In this document: positions 40,553-50,341 of the stretch, piece by piece
Position numbering within the stretch: position 1 is the first letter of the stretch
Layout: each line of letters starts with the position of its first letter
Origin: Panacagrimonas sp.
GTDB lineage: Bacteria; Pseudomonadota; Gammaproteobacteria; Nevskiales; Nevskiaceae
DNA length: 64,000 bases
Assembly (NCBI GenBank): GCA_041603235.1
Contig: JBFIES010000012.1
Location: 33,951 to 97,950 of the forward strand
Direction: 5' to 3'
Made by a program: the position numbers and the translations under genes
The notes under the pieces: model-generated
Database searches by the model: none
What the model saw: the letters and a program-made list of their open reading frames with translations, nothing else
Told to the model about the DNA's origin: nothing

Positions 40553-42226
40553 CTACAAGCTAAGTCGCCTGATATCCCCCAGAAGTTGGCTCAGGTATAC
40601 AACAAAGCGAGCGGCGGCGGCACCGTCTATCACGCGATGATCGTAGGAAAGCGACAAGGGCACCATCAGTCTCGGAACAAATTCCTTCCCGTTCCAGACC
40701 GCCTTGGTAACCGCTCGGGACACTCCGAGAATGGCCACTTCCGGAGCATTGACGATGGGGGTGAAGTGCCCGCCGCCAATGCCACCGAGACTGGAAATGG
40801 AAAAGCATCCGCCTTTCATTTCATCAGGCTTGAGCTTGCCGTCACGCGCCTTTCCGGCCAGCTCTGACGACTCCTGCGCGAGCTCGGAAATGCCTTTATT
40901 CCAGACGTCCCGCAGCACTGGCACCACCAGGCCATTGGGGGTGTCTGCCGCAAAACCGATATGGCAATAATGCTTCATGATCAGGCTGTCGCCGCCCGGT
41001 GAAAGCGAGCTTCCAAATTCGGGGTACTTGCGCAGGGCGGCAGCCACTGCTTTCACGATAAAAGGCAGCAGCGTGAGCTTGGCACTGCCCTCCTGATTGG
41101 TTTGCTTTCGAAAGGCCTCCAACTCGGTGATATCGGCTTCGTCACTTTGTGTGACGTGCGGCACATTCAGCCACGAGCGATGCAAGTGCGCAGCCGAAAT
41201 TTTGCGAATTCGCGCAAGCGGTTTCTCTTCAATCTCCCCGTAGCGTGAGAAATCCTGCGCCGGAATTGGTGGAATCCCCATGCCGTCAGCAGGGGCTGCT
41301 TGCGTCTTGTTGTTGATTCGCGCCTTCACGTGACGCTGCACATCCTCGATGAGGATGCGGTCTTTCGGGCCCGAGCCCGAAACCTCGCTCAGATCCACGC
41401 CGAGCTCGCGGGCGAACTTGCGGGTTGCCGGTCCAGCGTGAGCCAGGCCGCCCCCTTCTTTACTCTTTGGAGGAGGTGCCTTCTCTGAAGAAGAACGCTT
41501 TTCGGACGAGGTGTCGGAAGCCTTTCGTTCGGACTTCTCATCCGCTTTCGGCTCGGACGCTGGCTTGGCAGTGCCCTCGTCAGGCGCAGATCCCGATTCG
41601 CCGCTCCCGGCGGTCTGCACCTCAACCAGAGCATCGCCCTCGGATACCTTGTCACCGACCTTGACCTTGAGGCTGGCAATCTTGCCCGCGTGAGGGCTAG
41701 GCACCTCCAAGGTTGATTTATCAGACTCAAGAACCAACAGGGTCTGGTCAGCTTCAACCTCATCGCCTTCGGCCACCAGCAGCTCGATGATCGGGACCGA
41801 TTCGAAGTCACCTATATCCGGCACCGTCACGGTCTGCATCACCGGAGCGGAGCCACTGTCGGGCTCGGACTTCTCCGGCTTCTCGTCGGACGCAGGCGTT
41901 CGGGCCTTCTCATCATCCTCTTCTGACTCCGTCTGAGCAGAGGACTCAGGCTTTTCCTCAGCCTCGGCATTGCCGCTGACTGCATCTTCAGCCTCGAGCT
42001 GGCAGATGCGGTCACCCTTGGAAACCTTGTCATCCACCTTGACCGATAGATTGCGCACCACCCCGGCACTGGAGGCAGGCACTTCCATGGTCGACTTGTC
42101 TGATTCGAGCACGATCAGCGCCTGGTCGATCTCCACCACATCGCCTTCCTTGACCAGCACCTCGATGACGGGCACTTCGTCAAAATCGCCGATGTCCGGC
42201 ACATCGATATCAATGTTCTTGGCCAT
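40553..42226 (-). CDS. aceF: Pyruvate dehydrogenase E2 with two lipoyl domains
   Basis: Two VPDIG...ESDKST lipoyl domains, E3-binding AGPATRKFARELGVDL, SLSYDHRVIDGA. Confidence 0.98.
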   Translation of the reverse strand: MAKNIDIDVPDIGDFDEVPVIEVLVKEGDVVEIDQALIVLESDKSTMEVPASSAGVVRNLSVKVDDKVSKGDRICQLEAEDAVSGNAEAEEKPESSAQTESEEDDEKARTPASDEKPEKSEPDSGSAPVMQTVTVPDIGDFESVPIIELLVAEGDEVEADQTLLVLESDKSTLEVPSPHAGKIASLKVKVGDKVSEGDALVEVQTAGSGESGSAPDEGTAKPASEPKADEKSERKASDTSSEKRSSSEKAPPPKSKEGGGLAHAGPATRKFARELGVDLSEVSGSGPKDRILIEDVQRHVKARINNKTQAAPADGMGIPPIPAQDFSRYGEIEEKPLARIRKISAAHLHRSWLNVPHVTQSDEADITELEAFRKQTNQEGSAKLTLLPFIVKAVAAALRKYPEFGSSLSPGGDSLIMKHYCHIGFAADTPNGLVVPVLRDVWNKGISELAQESSELAGKARDGKLKPDEMKGGCFSISSLGGIGGGHFTPIVNAPEVAILGVSRAVTKAVWNGKEFVPRLMVPLSLSYDHRVIDGAAAARFVVYLSQLLGDIRRLSL

Positions 42227-42229
42227 TTC

Positions 42230-44890
42230 TTATACCGTCCAGGGCGCCGGGCGTTCCGGCACAATGCCATAACGCTGGATCGCTTCCGAGACGCGTGCCA
42301 TCGGCAGCGAGCCCTGCTCGGCCAGCGCCTTCAGCGCCTTGATCGCAATCCAGCGTCGATCCACCTCAAAAAAGTCACGCAGCGCGGGCCGGTTGTCCGA
42401 ACGTCCGAAACCGTCTGTTCCGAGCGTGTGATACGGCGCCGATATGTAGGGCCGCAGCTGTTCGCTGTAGGCGCGGACATAATCTGTGCTGGCGATCACC
42501 GGGCCGGTCATTCCGCCGAGGCATTCGTCAATATAACTACGGCGCGGTTCGCTCTCCGGGTGCAGCAGGTTCCACCGCTCACAGGCCTGACCATCTCGGG
42601 TCAACTCGTTGACCGACGGCACGCTCCAGATGTCACTGCTCACGCCCCAGTCTGACTTGAGAATCTCGGCGGCGGCCAGCACCTCGCGGAAAATGGAGCC
42701 CGAGCCCAGCAGCTGCACATGGGTCTTGGCGGGCTCCTCTTCCGACTTGAACAAGTACATGCCGCGCACGATGCCGCTCTCGCAGCCCGCTGGCATTTCC
42801 GGGTGCGCGTGATTCTCGTTGTAGATGGTGAGGTAGTAGTAGTTGTCCTTGTTTTCTTCAACCATCTCTTTCATGCCGTGCTGGACGATAACCACCAACT
42901 CGTAGGCAAAGGCGGGGTCATAGGCCTTGCAGTTGGGTACCAGCGACGCCATGACGTGGCTGTGCCCGTCTTCGTGCTGCAGGCCCTCTCCATTGATGGT
43001 GGTGCGCCCGGCGGTAGCCCCCATCAGGAAGCCGCGCGAGCGCATGTCGCCAGCAGCCCAGCACAGATCCATCACGCGCTGGAAACCGAACATGGAATAG
43101 AAGGCGTAGAAGGGAATCAGGGTGGTGCCGTGATTGGCATAGGAGGTCGCGGCCGCAATCCATGAAGACATTGCGCCGGATTCGGTGATGCCCTCTTCCA
43201 GAATCTGACCCTTGATGTCTTCCTTGTAGAAGGCCAGTTGATCCGCGTCTTCAGGCTTGTACTTCTGCCCGACCACAGAATAAATACCCAGGCTTCTAAA
43301 CATCGCCTCCATGCCGAAGGTGCGGCCCTCATCAGGGATGATCGGAACTACGCGCGGCCCGAGCTTCTTGTCGCGCACCAGCACTTGCAGGAACTGCACG
43401 AAGGCCATGGTGGTACTGATTTCACGGTCGCCACTGCCGTCGAGCAAACGCTGGAAAGTCTTGAGCTCCGGCACTTCCAGCGTTTCGTTCTTCGGCAGGC
43501 GCGCGGGGAGATGCCCGCCCAGTTCTTCGCGACGTTTCTTCAGGTAGGCAATTTCCGGAGAATCATCTGCCGGCTTGTAGAACGGCAGTTCCTCGATCTG
43601 ATCGTCGCCCACCGGAATCTTGAAACGGTCGCGGAATTTCTTCAGCGCCTCCAGACCCATCTTCTTGGCCTGATGGGTAATGTTCTGACCTTCACCGGCT
43701 TCGCCCATGCCGTAACCCTTCACGGTCTTGGCCAGAATTACCGTGGGGCCGCCCTTGTGTTTTACCGCCGCGGCATACGCTGCATAAACCTTGTGCGGGT
43801 CATGGCCACCGCGATTGAGTTCGGCAATATCCTCGTCGCTCATGGTGGAGACGAGCTTGGCCGCCTCGGGATCCTTGGAGAAGAAATTCTCGCGGGTGAA
43901 GCGACCGCCCTTGGCCTTGTAGCTCTGGTATTCGCCATCGACAGTGTCATTCATGATGCGCTGCAGGTGGCCGTCCTTGTCACGCGCCAACAGGCCATCC
44001 CAGGCGCCGCCCCAGATCAGCTTGATCACATTCCAGCCCGCGCCCCTGAAGATACCTTCCAGCTCCTGGATGATCTTGCCGTTGCCGCGCACCGGTCCGT
44101 CCAGCCGCTGCAGATTGCAGTTGACGACGAAGATCAGGTTGTCGAGTTCCTCGCGATGCGCGATGTCGATGGCCCCCAGGGATTCGGGCTCATCCATCTC
44201 GCCGTCGCCGCAGAAACACCAGACCTTGCGGCCGGTCATGTCCTGAATACCTCGGTGATGCAGATACTTCATCAGGCGTGCCTGATAGATCGCCATGATC
44301 GGCCCCAGGCCCATCGACACCGTGGCGAACTGCCAGAAATCTGGCATCAGCCAAGGGTGCGGATAGCTGGACAGACCCGGTTCAAGTGCCTCCATGCGGA
44401 ATCGATCCAGCTGCTGCTCCGTCAGGCGGCCTTCCAGAAAAGCGCGTGCATAGATGCCGGGCGTGACATGGCCCTGGATGTAAACCAGATCCTGACCCTG
44501 AGGATGCTCGGGCCCCTTCCAAAAATGGTTGAACCCCACGTCATACAGGGTGGCAGACGATGCAAAACTGGCGATATGCCCACCAATGCCTGCGTGCTCC
44601 TTGTTGGCATTGACGATCAGCGCCATGGCGTTCCACCGGATATAGGAACGCAGTCGCCATTCCAGCTCATGGTCACCCGGCGATCGCTCTTCCAGATGTG
44701 GCGGAATGGTATTGACGTAGGCCGTGTTCGGAGAAAACGGAATATAGGCGCCGGAGAGACGCGCTTTCTCGATCAAACTCTCCAGCAGGTAATGCGCCCG
44801 CTCAGGTCCTTCCTTGTCGAGCACACTTTGCAGTGCGTCTATCCATTCCCCGGTTTCCTGAGGGTCGTGATCTTTGTCCGGCAAACTCAT
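42230..44890 (-). CDS. aceE: Pyruvate dehydrogenase E1, homodimeric type
   Basis: GGHIASF, TVSMGLGP, GDGEMDEPES...NCNLQRLDGP, GEGLQHEDG; ATG at 44890. Confidence 0.99.
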   Translation of the reverse strand: MSLPDKDHDPQETGEWIDALQSVLDKEGPERAHYLLESLIEKARLSGAYIPFSPNTAYVNTIPPHLEERSPGDHELEWRLRSYIRWNAMALIVNANKEHAGIGGHIASFASSATLYDVGFNHFWKGPEHPQGQDLVYIQGHVTPGIYARAFLEGRLTEQQLDRFRMEALEPGLSSYPHPWLMPDFWQFATVSMGLGPIMAIYQARLMKYLHHRGIQDMTGRKVWCFCGDGEMDEPESLGAIDIAHREELDNLIFVVNCNLQRLDGPVRGNGKIIQELEGIFRGAGWNVIKLIWGGAWDGLLARDKDGHLQRIMNDTVDGEYQSYKAKGGRFTRENFFSKDPEAAKLVSTMSDEDIAELNRGGHDPHKVYAAYAAAVKHKGGPTVILAKTVKGYGMGEAGEGQNITHQAKKMGLEALKKFRDRFKIPVGDDQIEELPFYKPADDSPEIAYLKKRREELGGHLPARLPKNETLEVPELKTFQRLLDGSGDREISTTMAFVQFLQVLVRDKKLGPRVVPIIPDEGRTFGMEAMFRSLGIYSVVGQKYKPEDADQLAFYKEDIKGQILEEGITESGAMSSWIAAATSYANHGTTLIPFYAFYSMFGFQRVMDLCWAAGDMRSRGFLMGATAGRTTINGEGLQHEDGHSHVMASLVPNCKAYDPAFAYELVVIVQHGMKEMVEENKDNYYYLTIYNENHAHPEMPAGCESGIVRGMYLFKSEEEPAKTHVQLLGSGSIFREVLAAAEILKSDWGVSSDIWSVPSVNELTRDGQACERWNLLHPESEPRRSYIDECLGGMTGPVIASTDYVRAYSEQLRPYISAPYHTLGTDGFGRSDNRPALRDFFEVDRRWIAIKALKALAEQGSLPMARVSEAIQRYGIVPERPAPWTV

Positions 44891-44997
44891 GTGCTCTCCT
44901 TGCTCGCGCTGAATGAGTCCTCGCCTACCCGGCAAGACTCGGATTCACCATAGAGAGTTCCAAGGCTTCATGTCCAATATATATATTCGGCGTTATT

Positions 44998-45014
44998 GAT
45001 ATATATTTTGTATC
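44998..45014. promoter_or_regulatory. LysR recognition box (T-N11-A)
   Basis: GATA-N9-TATC dyad with T45000 and A45012, in an AT-rich divergent intergenic region. Confidence 0.6.
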
Positions 45015-45016
45015 CA

Positions 45017-45904
45017 ATGGAACTCAGACATCTTCGCTATTTCGTGGCCGTGGCCGAAGCACTGCATTTTCGACGTGCCGCCGAGAAACTGGGCATTCAG
45101 CAGCCTCCGCTGAGCATGCAGATTCGGCAATTGGAACTGGAAATCGGGACGCCCCTTTTTCTTCGCAGCAAGCGCCGCATCAGCTTGACCGATGCTGGCC
45201 GCTCGTTCTTGGAAGATGCACGCAACATTCTGTCCGCAGCCCAGGATGCGACGGGCAGGGCACGCACCGCAGCGTTGGGCGAACGCGGTCGACTCAGGGT
45301 GGGGATGATCAATTCAGCGCCGTTCCACCCGCTGATCCTGCAGATCCTTCGTGAATACCGAAACCGCTTCCCCGGTGTCTGGATGACACTGGAAGAAGCC
45401 AGCACCCCGGAACTGGCAGAGAGCGTGGTCTCGCGCAAACTGGATCTCGCATTTGTCAGGCCACTGCTGGACACCCCGCCCGCCCTCCAATCAGAGCATC
45501 TGTTCAACGAACCGGTGCTGGTTGCCCTGCCTTCCGGCCACCCGCTGTCGCGGCGCAGAAACATCAAGCTGGAAGCTTTGTCCGAAGAACCCTTTGTCCT
45601 GTTCTCCCGGCACATCGGCTCAGGACTGTACGACCAGATTATCTCCGCCTGTCATCGCGCAGGTTTCAGCCCGCGCGTAACGCAAGAGGCACTGCAGGTC
45701 ACCTCGATCGTCAATCTGGTTGCGGCCGGACTGGGCGTTTCCCTGGTTCCGGCATCCATGCGAAAGATTCACTCTGAAGGCATCGCGTATCGCCCTTTGG
45801 TGCGCGATGCACCGATTGCCCAGATGAGTGTCATTCATCGTCGCGAAGAGTCCATGCAGGCCGTCAGGAATCTGCTGGAACTCGCGTTACACCTCGCTCA
45901 ATAA
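45017..45904 (+). CDS. LysR-family transcriptional regulator
   Basis: MELRHLRYFVAVAEALHFRRAAEKLGIQQPPLSMQIRQLE; LVAAGLGVSLVP. Confidence 0.97.
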   Translation: MELRHLRYFVAVAEALHFRRAAEKLGIQQPPLSMQIRQLELEIGTPLFLRSKRRISLTDAGRSFLEDARNILSAAQDATGRARTAALGERGRLRVGMINSAPFHPLILQILREYRNRFPGVWMTLEEASTPELAESVVSRKLDLAFVRPLLDTPPALQSEHLFNEPVLVALPSGHPLSRRRNIKLEALSEEPFVLFSRHIGSGLYDQIISACHRAGFSPRVTQEALQVTSIVNLVAAGLGVSLVPASMRKIHSEGIAYRPLVRDAPIAQMSVIHRREESMQAVRNLLELALHLAQ

Positions 45905-46372
45905 AAATCCAGATTTCCGGAGAATGAAGCCGGTGACATGCGCAAGACCGGTATCCCGCGAATTTTGCGCTGACCCCTCATCGGGCAGGTGATGACGTCC
46001 GACAGTTTCATAAGCTGCTGACTCACTTCCGCCCTCAGTCTGTAATGCGTCAGCATCAGATCCATTCTGATGAATTACGGCGCCGCACATTCATTTTCAC
46101 CCAGCAATGCACTTCGCACCATGAAGCCCCGTTCAGCCGACACTTCAGCAGGTTCACTGGCAGGCCACTCACCTTTTTCGTTGCACAAAATTCTGAAATG
46201 GCAAGTCGTTCATGGCGGCAGCAAAAGATCCAGAAACTTCCTTGAACGATGCGCGCAACAACACGCGCGCCGCTTGCACTGAGCAAAGTCAGCTACTAGC
46301 TTGTTTCCGTATCGCAACTGAACAATCAGTCGCGATACATCTTATTCAAAGGAAAACAGGAAACAGGGATTA

Positions 46373-47218
46373 ATGAATCGAATCAGCACGTCTTTTGCCG
46401 CACTTTTTCTGGCCGGCATCTCGACACATTCAGTCGCCGACGAACCTTTCGCACTCTTCGCGCAAGCTGCCGACGACACACGTTCAATGATGATGTTGGA
46501 CGTTGACCCGACCAGACCGGGCAAGGAAGTACTCGGCCTGCGCTTCGACTGCATCGAATCGCCGCGCAATGGACAGGATCATATTCGCGTCACCCAGCGC
46601 TTTCGCATATCGGCCAAAGCTCTGGACAACACCACGGTATTCAACCCGACCACTTTGCCTTCCGTGACGTCCGGCTTTTTCCCTGACCCGAGTCTCGCTC
46701 GCTTCCAGCAAGGCGGATCGGACGAAACTCGATACGAAGCGTCGTACGAGCATCTGGGCTACGACTACGAGTCCTATTTTCGAAACGAAGCACCTACCCC
46801 GGGAAGCGACTTCGACTATTGCAGCGACTATCCGACAGGCGATCTTTTCAGCGTCGGCGCTGCCAATTCAAACGGAACCCGCGTCATCGTGATTGGCTTG
46901 GGCCTTGAAGGCCTGTTCTTCAATGATGATGTGGGTTATGACGACAGTCCGGACACCAACATTTCCCGGTACAGCGTTACCGTTTACAACAATGTGCTTA
47001 ACAGTCAGCGATGGAGCCGGAATCTTCCTGCCTATGTCGGCACCTTCAAGCTGTTTCCGGACTTCGCGATGGTCGGCGATTTCCTCGGCGATGATGGCAA
47101 TGACGAGATTCGCATCGCCTACCTGCGAGGAAATGCCAACGACAGTCTGACCTGGCAGTACCGCTATTACGATGTGCTCAATGGCAACTTGATCACAACC
47201 GCAACGATCACCGAGTAA
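46373..47218 (+). CDS. Hypothetical secreted protein
   Basis: Signal peptide ending SVA-D; long ORF with plausible composition; no family recognised. Confidence 0.7.
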   Translation: MNRISTSFAALFLAGISTHSVADEPFALFAQAADDTRSMMMLDVDPTRPGKEVLGLRFDCIESPRNGQDHIRVTQRFRISAKALDNTTVFNPTTLPSVTSGFFPDPSLARFQQGGSDETRYEASYEHLGYDYESYFRNEAPTPGSDFDYCSDYPTGDLFSVGAANSNGTRVIVIGLGLEGLFFNDDVGYDDSPDTNISRYSVTVYNNVLNSQRWSRNLPAYVGTFKLFPDFAMVGDFLGDDGNDEIRIAYLRGNANDSLTWQYRYYDVLNGNLITTATITE

Positions 47219-47373
47219 AGCCTGCGACTGGCCGCTGGAGTGAGATCGGAACATCGCTCACTTCGGCGGCTTCTCCGCTACTTATTTCAAGTTTTGACGG
47301 TGCGTCCGAAAGAGGACACGAGAGAAGAACCGATTAGAAGCGTCCAAATGAAAGTAGAGGTCTGGCGACGCAT

Positions 47374-48705
47374 TCAGACCTGCTCGCCAAGCGCTTCACA
47401 GCACGCGGCATAACGCTCTGAAACGGTGGCGCGATCATGCGACTCTGGCAGCGCGTCTTTGGCCCCGTTGGCAACCATCTCAGCCTGCTTTTTCAGGGCG
47501 CGAAGATCGTCAGCTCGAGTCGCAGCCTCCGCGATCACCGTGATCATCTCCAGCAGCCGAATACTGACCGCCGCGTTCGCCCGAGCGTTCTGACGAATCT
47601 GGTCAAAGCTCGCATCCACCAGGTCCGCGAATCTGGTTTGAGGTGTCAGCACGCGAAGCTTCTTGTGCTGATCCAGACGCAACATTGAAGGCATCTCGCG
47701 GCGGGCCAAACGGCTCAGACCGGAGCCGAGCCGATCGATGCAGCGAATCGCAGTAAATGGATCGTTCACACCGGGTGACAAGGCACGCACCGCAACTTCC
47801 ACCAGCTGGTGAATCGAGTATTCAAAATCCTGCGCAGGCGTTCGCTCACTGCCCAGAACAAATGCACTGCGCACTTCATCCTCCAATGAGGAGGTAATGC
47901 CCTGCTCGCACCAGACCCGGACCAGACAACTGCCTTCAACCACGTACTGGCCGGGCCTGTTCATGATCTGTATCTGCAAATCCTCTTTCCCTGCAATCTC
48001 CATCAACTGGTCCGCATTGACGATCTGCAGATACCCATCGCCAATGGCCTTCACAGGTGTCGGCGTTCCACGCAAGAGGGATTCGGGATCATCATCGGAC
48101 GCCCTGTCGTCAGGATCTGCCGCCTGCCCGATCTCAGAAGGGAACAGCCGGCCGATGCCTCGATCCATTTCTTTGACGATCCTCGCAACGATATCGTCAG
48201 CCAGAATGGACACTGAGACGTGATGAATGAAGAAGATCAGAACCCACAGACTCGCCAATGCAAACGCAACGCCCAGCGTCACGGACAGATGCGGCACAAA
48301 CGCATCGTCTGCGCCGTGACGAATGGCCCTGAGCACAAGCAGGCAGTAGAGAAACGTAGCGACAAAGGTGCCAAGCACCATCTGATTGGTGTTGTCACGC
48401 ATGAAGTTTCGCAGCAGCCGCGGCCCGAATTGCGAAGACGCCAGTGAAAGCGCAACCAGAGTGAGCGAGAACACCACGCCGGCAATGGTGATCATGGAAC
48501 CCGCGATGGTCTGCAGCACTGCGCTTGCACCCTGTGCGCTGCCTGCGTAAGCCCACTGCGGCATTTTCATCGCCCCTTCTGCTACCGATTCATCTGCTGC
48601 CACCATGACAAACGCCAGGCAGACAGCTGCTGCGGCCATCAACGATGGCAGGAACCAGAAGCTTGATGAAATGCGATCCACATACTTGAGCAACTGCGCT
48701 TTCAT
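47374..48705 (-). CDS. DUF2254 family membrane protein
   Basis: SSQFGPRLLRNF, QLVEVAVRALSPGVNDPFTA, FDQIRQ. Confidence 0.9.
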   Translation of the reverse strand: MKAQLLKYVDRISSSFWFLPSLMAAAAVCLAFVMVAADESVAEGAMKMPQWAYAGSAQGASAVLQTIAGSMITIAGVVFSLTLVALSLASSQFGPRLLRNFMRDNTNQMVLGTFVATFLYCLLVLRAIRHGADDAFVPHLSVTLGVAFALASLWVLIFFIHHVSVSILADDIVARIVKEMDRGIGRLFPSEIGQAADPDDRASDDDPESLLRGTPTPVKAIGDGYLQIVNADQLMEIAGKEDLQIQIMNRPGQYVVEGSCLVRVWCEQGITSSLEDEVRSAFVLGSERTPAQDFEYSIHQLVEVAVRALSPGVNDPFTAIRCIDRLGSGLSRLARREMPSMLRLDQHKKLRVLTPQTRFADLVDASFDQIRQNARANAAVSIRLLEMITVIAEAATRADDLRALKKQAEMVANGAKDALPESHDRATVSERYAACCEALGEQV

Positions 48706-48887
48706 TAGACGACCTCAGTTAATACATGTCGCAAGTAGACGTTCGCAGTATGCGGCAGTCCCGAGAGCGAAACGTCATCAGATCGCCAAGAAGACTTCAG
48801 GCTGCGCTAAGCGCTGCTCCGTAAGCTGTACTTCCGCTTCATTGATTTAGACGCAAGACGACATTCACATGTCATAAGGAGTAACGC

Positions 48888-49184
48888 ATGAACGCTGATC
48901 AAGCTAAAGACAAAGTCGAAAAGAAATTGGACGACGCTTCCAACAGCGCCGCAGCCGACAAAGCGCGTGGCCACAGTGACGAACTCGTTGGTTCAGTCAA
49001 GGAGAAAGTTGGCAGTGTCATCGGTGACGACAAGCTCGAAGCTGAAGGGCAAGTACAGAATGCCGAAGGCAAGGCCGAAAGGATGAAGGGCGAGTTCAAG
49101 GAGAAAATCGACGATGCCACCGACAAGGTCAAAGCCGGCGTTGGCGCCGTCAAGGACAAGGTGAACGAATTACTCGACAAGTAG
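48888..49184 (+). CDS. CsbD-like stress protein
   Basis: GSVKEKVGSVIGDDKLEAEGQ...GKA; AGGAG RBS. Confidence 0.85.
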   Translation: MNADQAKDKVEKKLDDASNSAAADKARGHSDELVGSVKEKVGSVIGDDKLEAEGQVQNAEGKAERMKGEFKEKIDDATDKVKAGVGAVKDKVNELLDK

Positions 49185-49220
49185 GTCGACGCAAACGGGC
49201 TGCATCAAAACCCAGCCATC

Positions 49221-49253
49221 AGCCCTGCGCGCGAGCAGCCCGCAGGGCTTTTT
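49221..49253 (+). terminator. Rho-independent terminator after csbD
   Basis: agccctgcg-N11-cgcagggct followed by a T-run. Confidence 0.75.
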
Positions 49254-49319
49254 AATTTGCATTACGGCATTGCAATCGCTCGGCTAAGCTACGGCCTTGT
49301 CATCCAAACCTTGATTCCA

Positions 49320-49877
49320 ATGTCTATTGTCCTGACAGATTTTGCGCGTGCGCGTTTGTTTCCCAAAGCATCACGAAAAAATACCATCAAGGACGCTAGC
49401 CCAGGCTCATTCGAACAGCACCTGAACCAGACGCCGCCGATCAAGGTTCTCGACGGCTATGCCCCGTTCTGCAAGCTGCATGTTTACGAGAACTGGACAT
49501 CGACACGGTGCCTGACCGTGCCGATCACCAAGGACAACGCCCACCTTCTACGCTCTGCCTACGAAGCGCGATCACGCGGTGAATTGCCCGTCCTCACCCG
49601 CTGGTTTGAAGGAGTGGAGGCGCCGGTCGCCCGTTATTTGGTGGTGATCCTTTACTCGCGAGAACAGATGCACAAAGAAGGCGACAACATCGATGCTGAT
49701 TGGGGTGTCGTCGGCTGCCTTGCAACCGCCGAACCTGAAGAGATTCCCATGGCACCGATCACCATGATGCGCAATGCACTGGGCGTTGAGGAAGGCGGAT
49801 CAGGCGTCGCACTGGATCGCGACGCCTATGCCCGCAGCGTGCATTTCTGGGAGAACAACGCAAACTGGCGAGCTTAG
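49320..49877 (+). CDS. DUF3228 family protein
   Basis: MSIVLTDFAR, LDGYAPFCK, LRSAYEAR...ELPVLTRWF, PMAPITMMRNALG.EEGGSG. Confidence 0.85.
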   Translation: MSIVLTDFARARLFPKASRKNTIKDASPGSFEQHLNQTPPIKVLDGYAPFCKLHVYENWTSTRCLTVPITKDNAHLLRSAYEARSRGELPVLTRWFEGVEAPVARYLVVILYSREQMHKEGDNIDADWGVVGCLATAEPEEIPMAPITMMRNALGVEEGGSGVALDRDAYARSVHFWENNANWRA

Positions 49878-50278
49878 GAAGTTGATTTGTTTTTCAGCTT
49901 CTCCAGCATCGCACCCATGTGCTGATGAATCAGGTTCACCGCCTTGAGTGGTCGCAGCATGACCTTAAAGCTCGTGATCTTGTTGTCATCGTTCCAACTC
50001 ATCATGTCGACGCCATTGACCTGGATGCCGTCAATTTCCAGCTCGAATTCGAGAACGGCATCTCGCTCGCCGTGGAGTTCGCGCACATAGCGGAATGAAT
50101 CATTGAAGAACACGGAGAAGGCGGAAACCAGGTACAGATTGGTTATGTCCTTTCCCTGCTGAGGCGTATGAACCACAGGAGAGTAGAAGGTCACATCCTC
50201 TGCCAGCAAATCAGCAATGCCTGCTGCATTACGGGCTTTGACCAGTTCGTGCCAAACGGCAACTGCGTTTTTGCTCAT
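49874..50278 (-). CDS. SnoaL-like/NTF2-fold protein
   Basis: LLAEDVTFYSPVVH, INGVDMM-like motif, FKVMLRPLKA. Confidence 0.85.
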   Translation of the reverse strand: MSKNAVAVWHELVKARNAAGIADLLAEDVTFYSPVVHTPQQGKDITNLYLVSAFSVFFNDSFRYVRELHGERDAVLEFELEIDGIQVNGVDMMSWNDDNKITSFKVMLRPLKAVNLIHQHMGAMLEKLKNKSTS

Positions 50279-50341
50279 GTGTTACTCCTGATTGAATTTG
50301 AGTTCGCGTGAAGTGAATGCTTTGATCTTGATGCAGCCCGC

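Noticed and set aside
45887-46290. Short ORFs between the LysR gene and the secreted protein
   Set aside because: Mutually overlapping, no RBS or motif; not supportable as genes or as a pseudogene.
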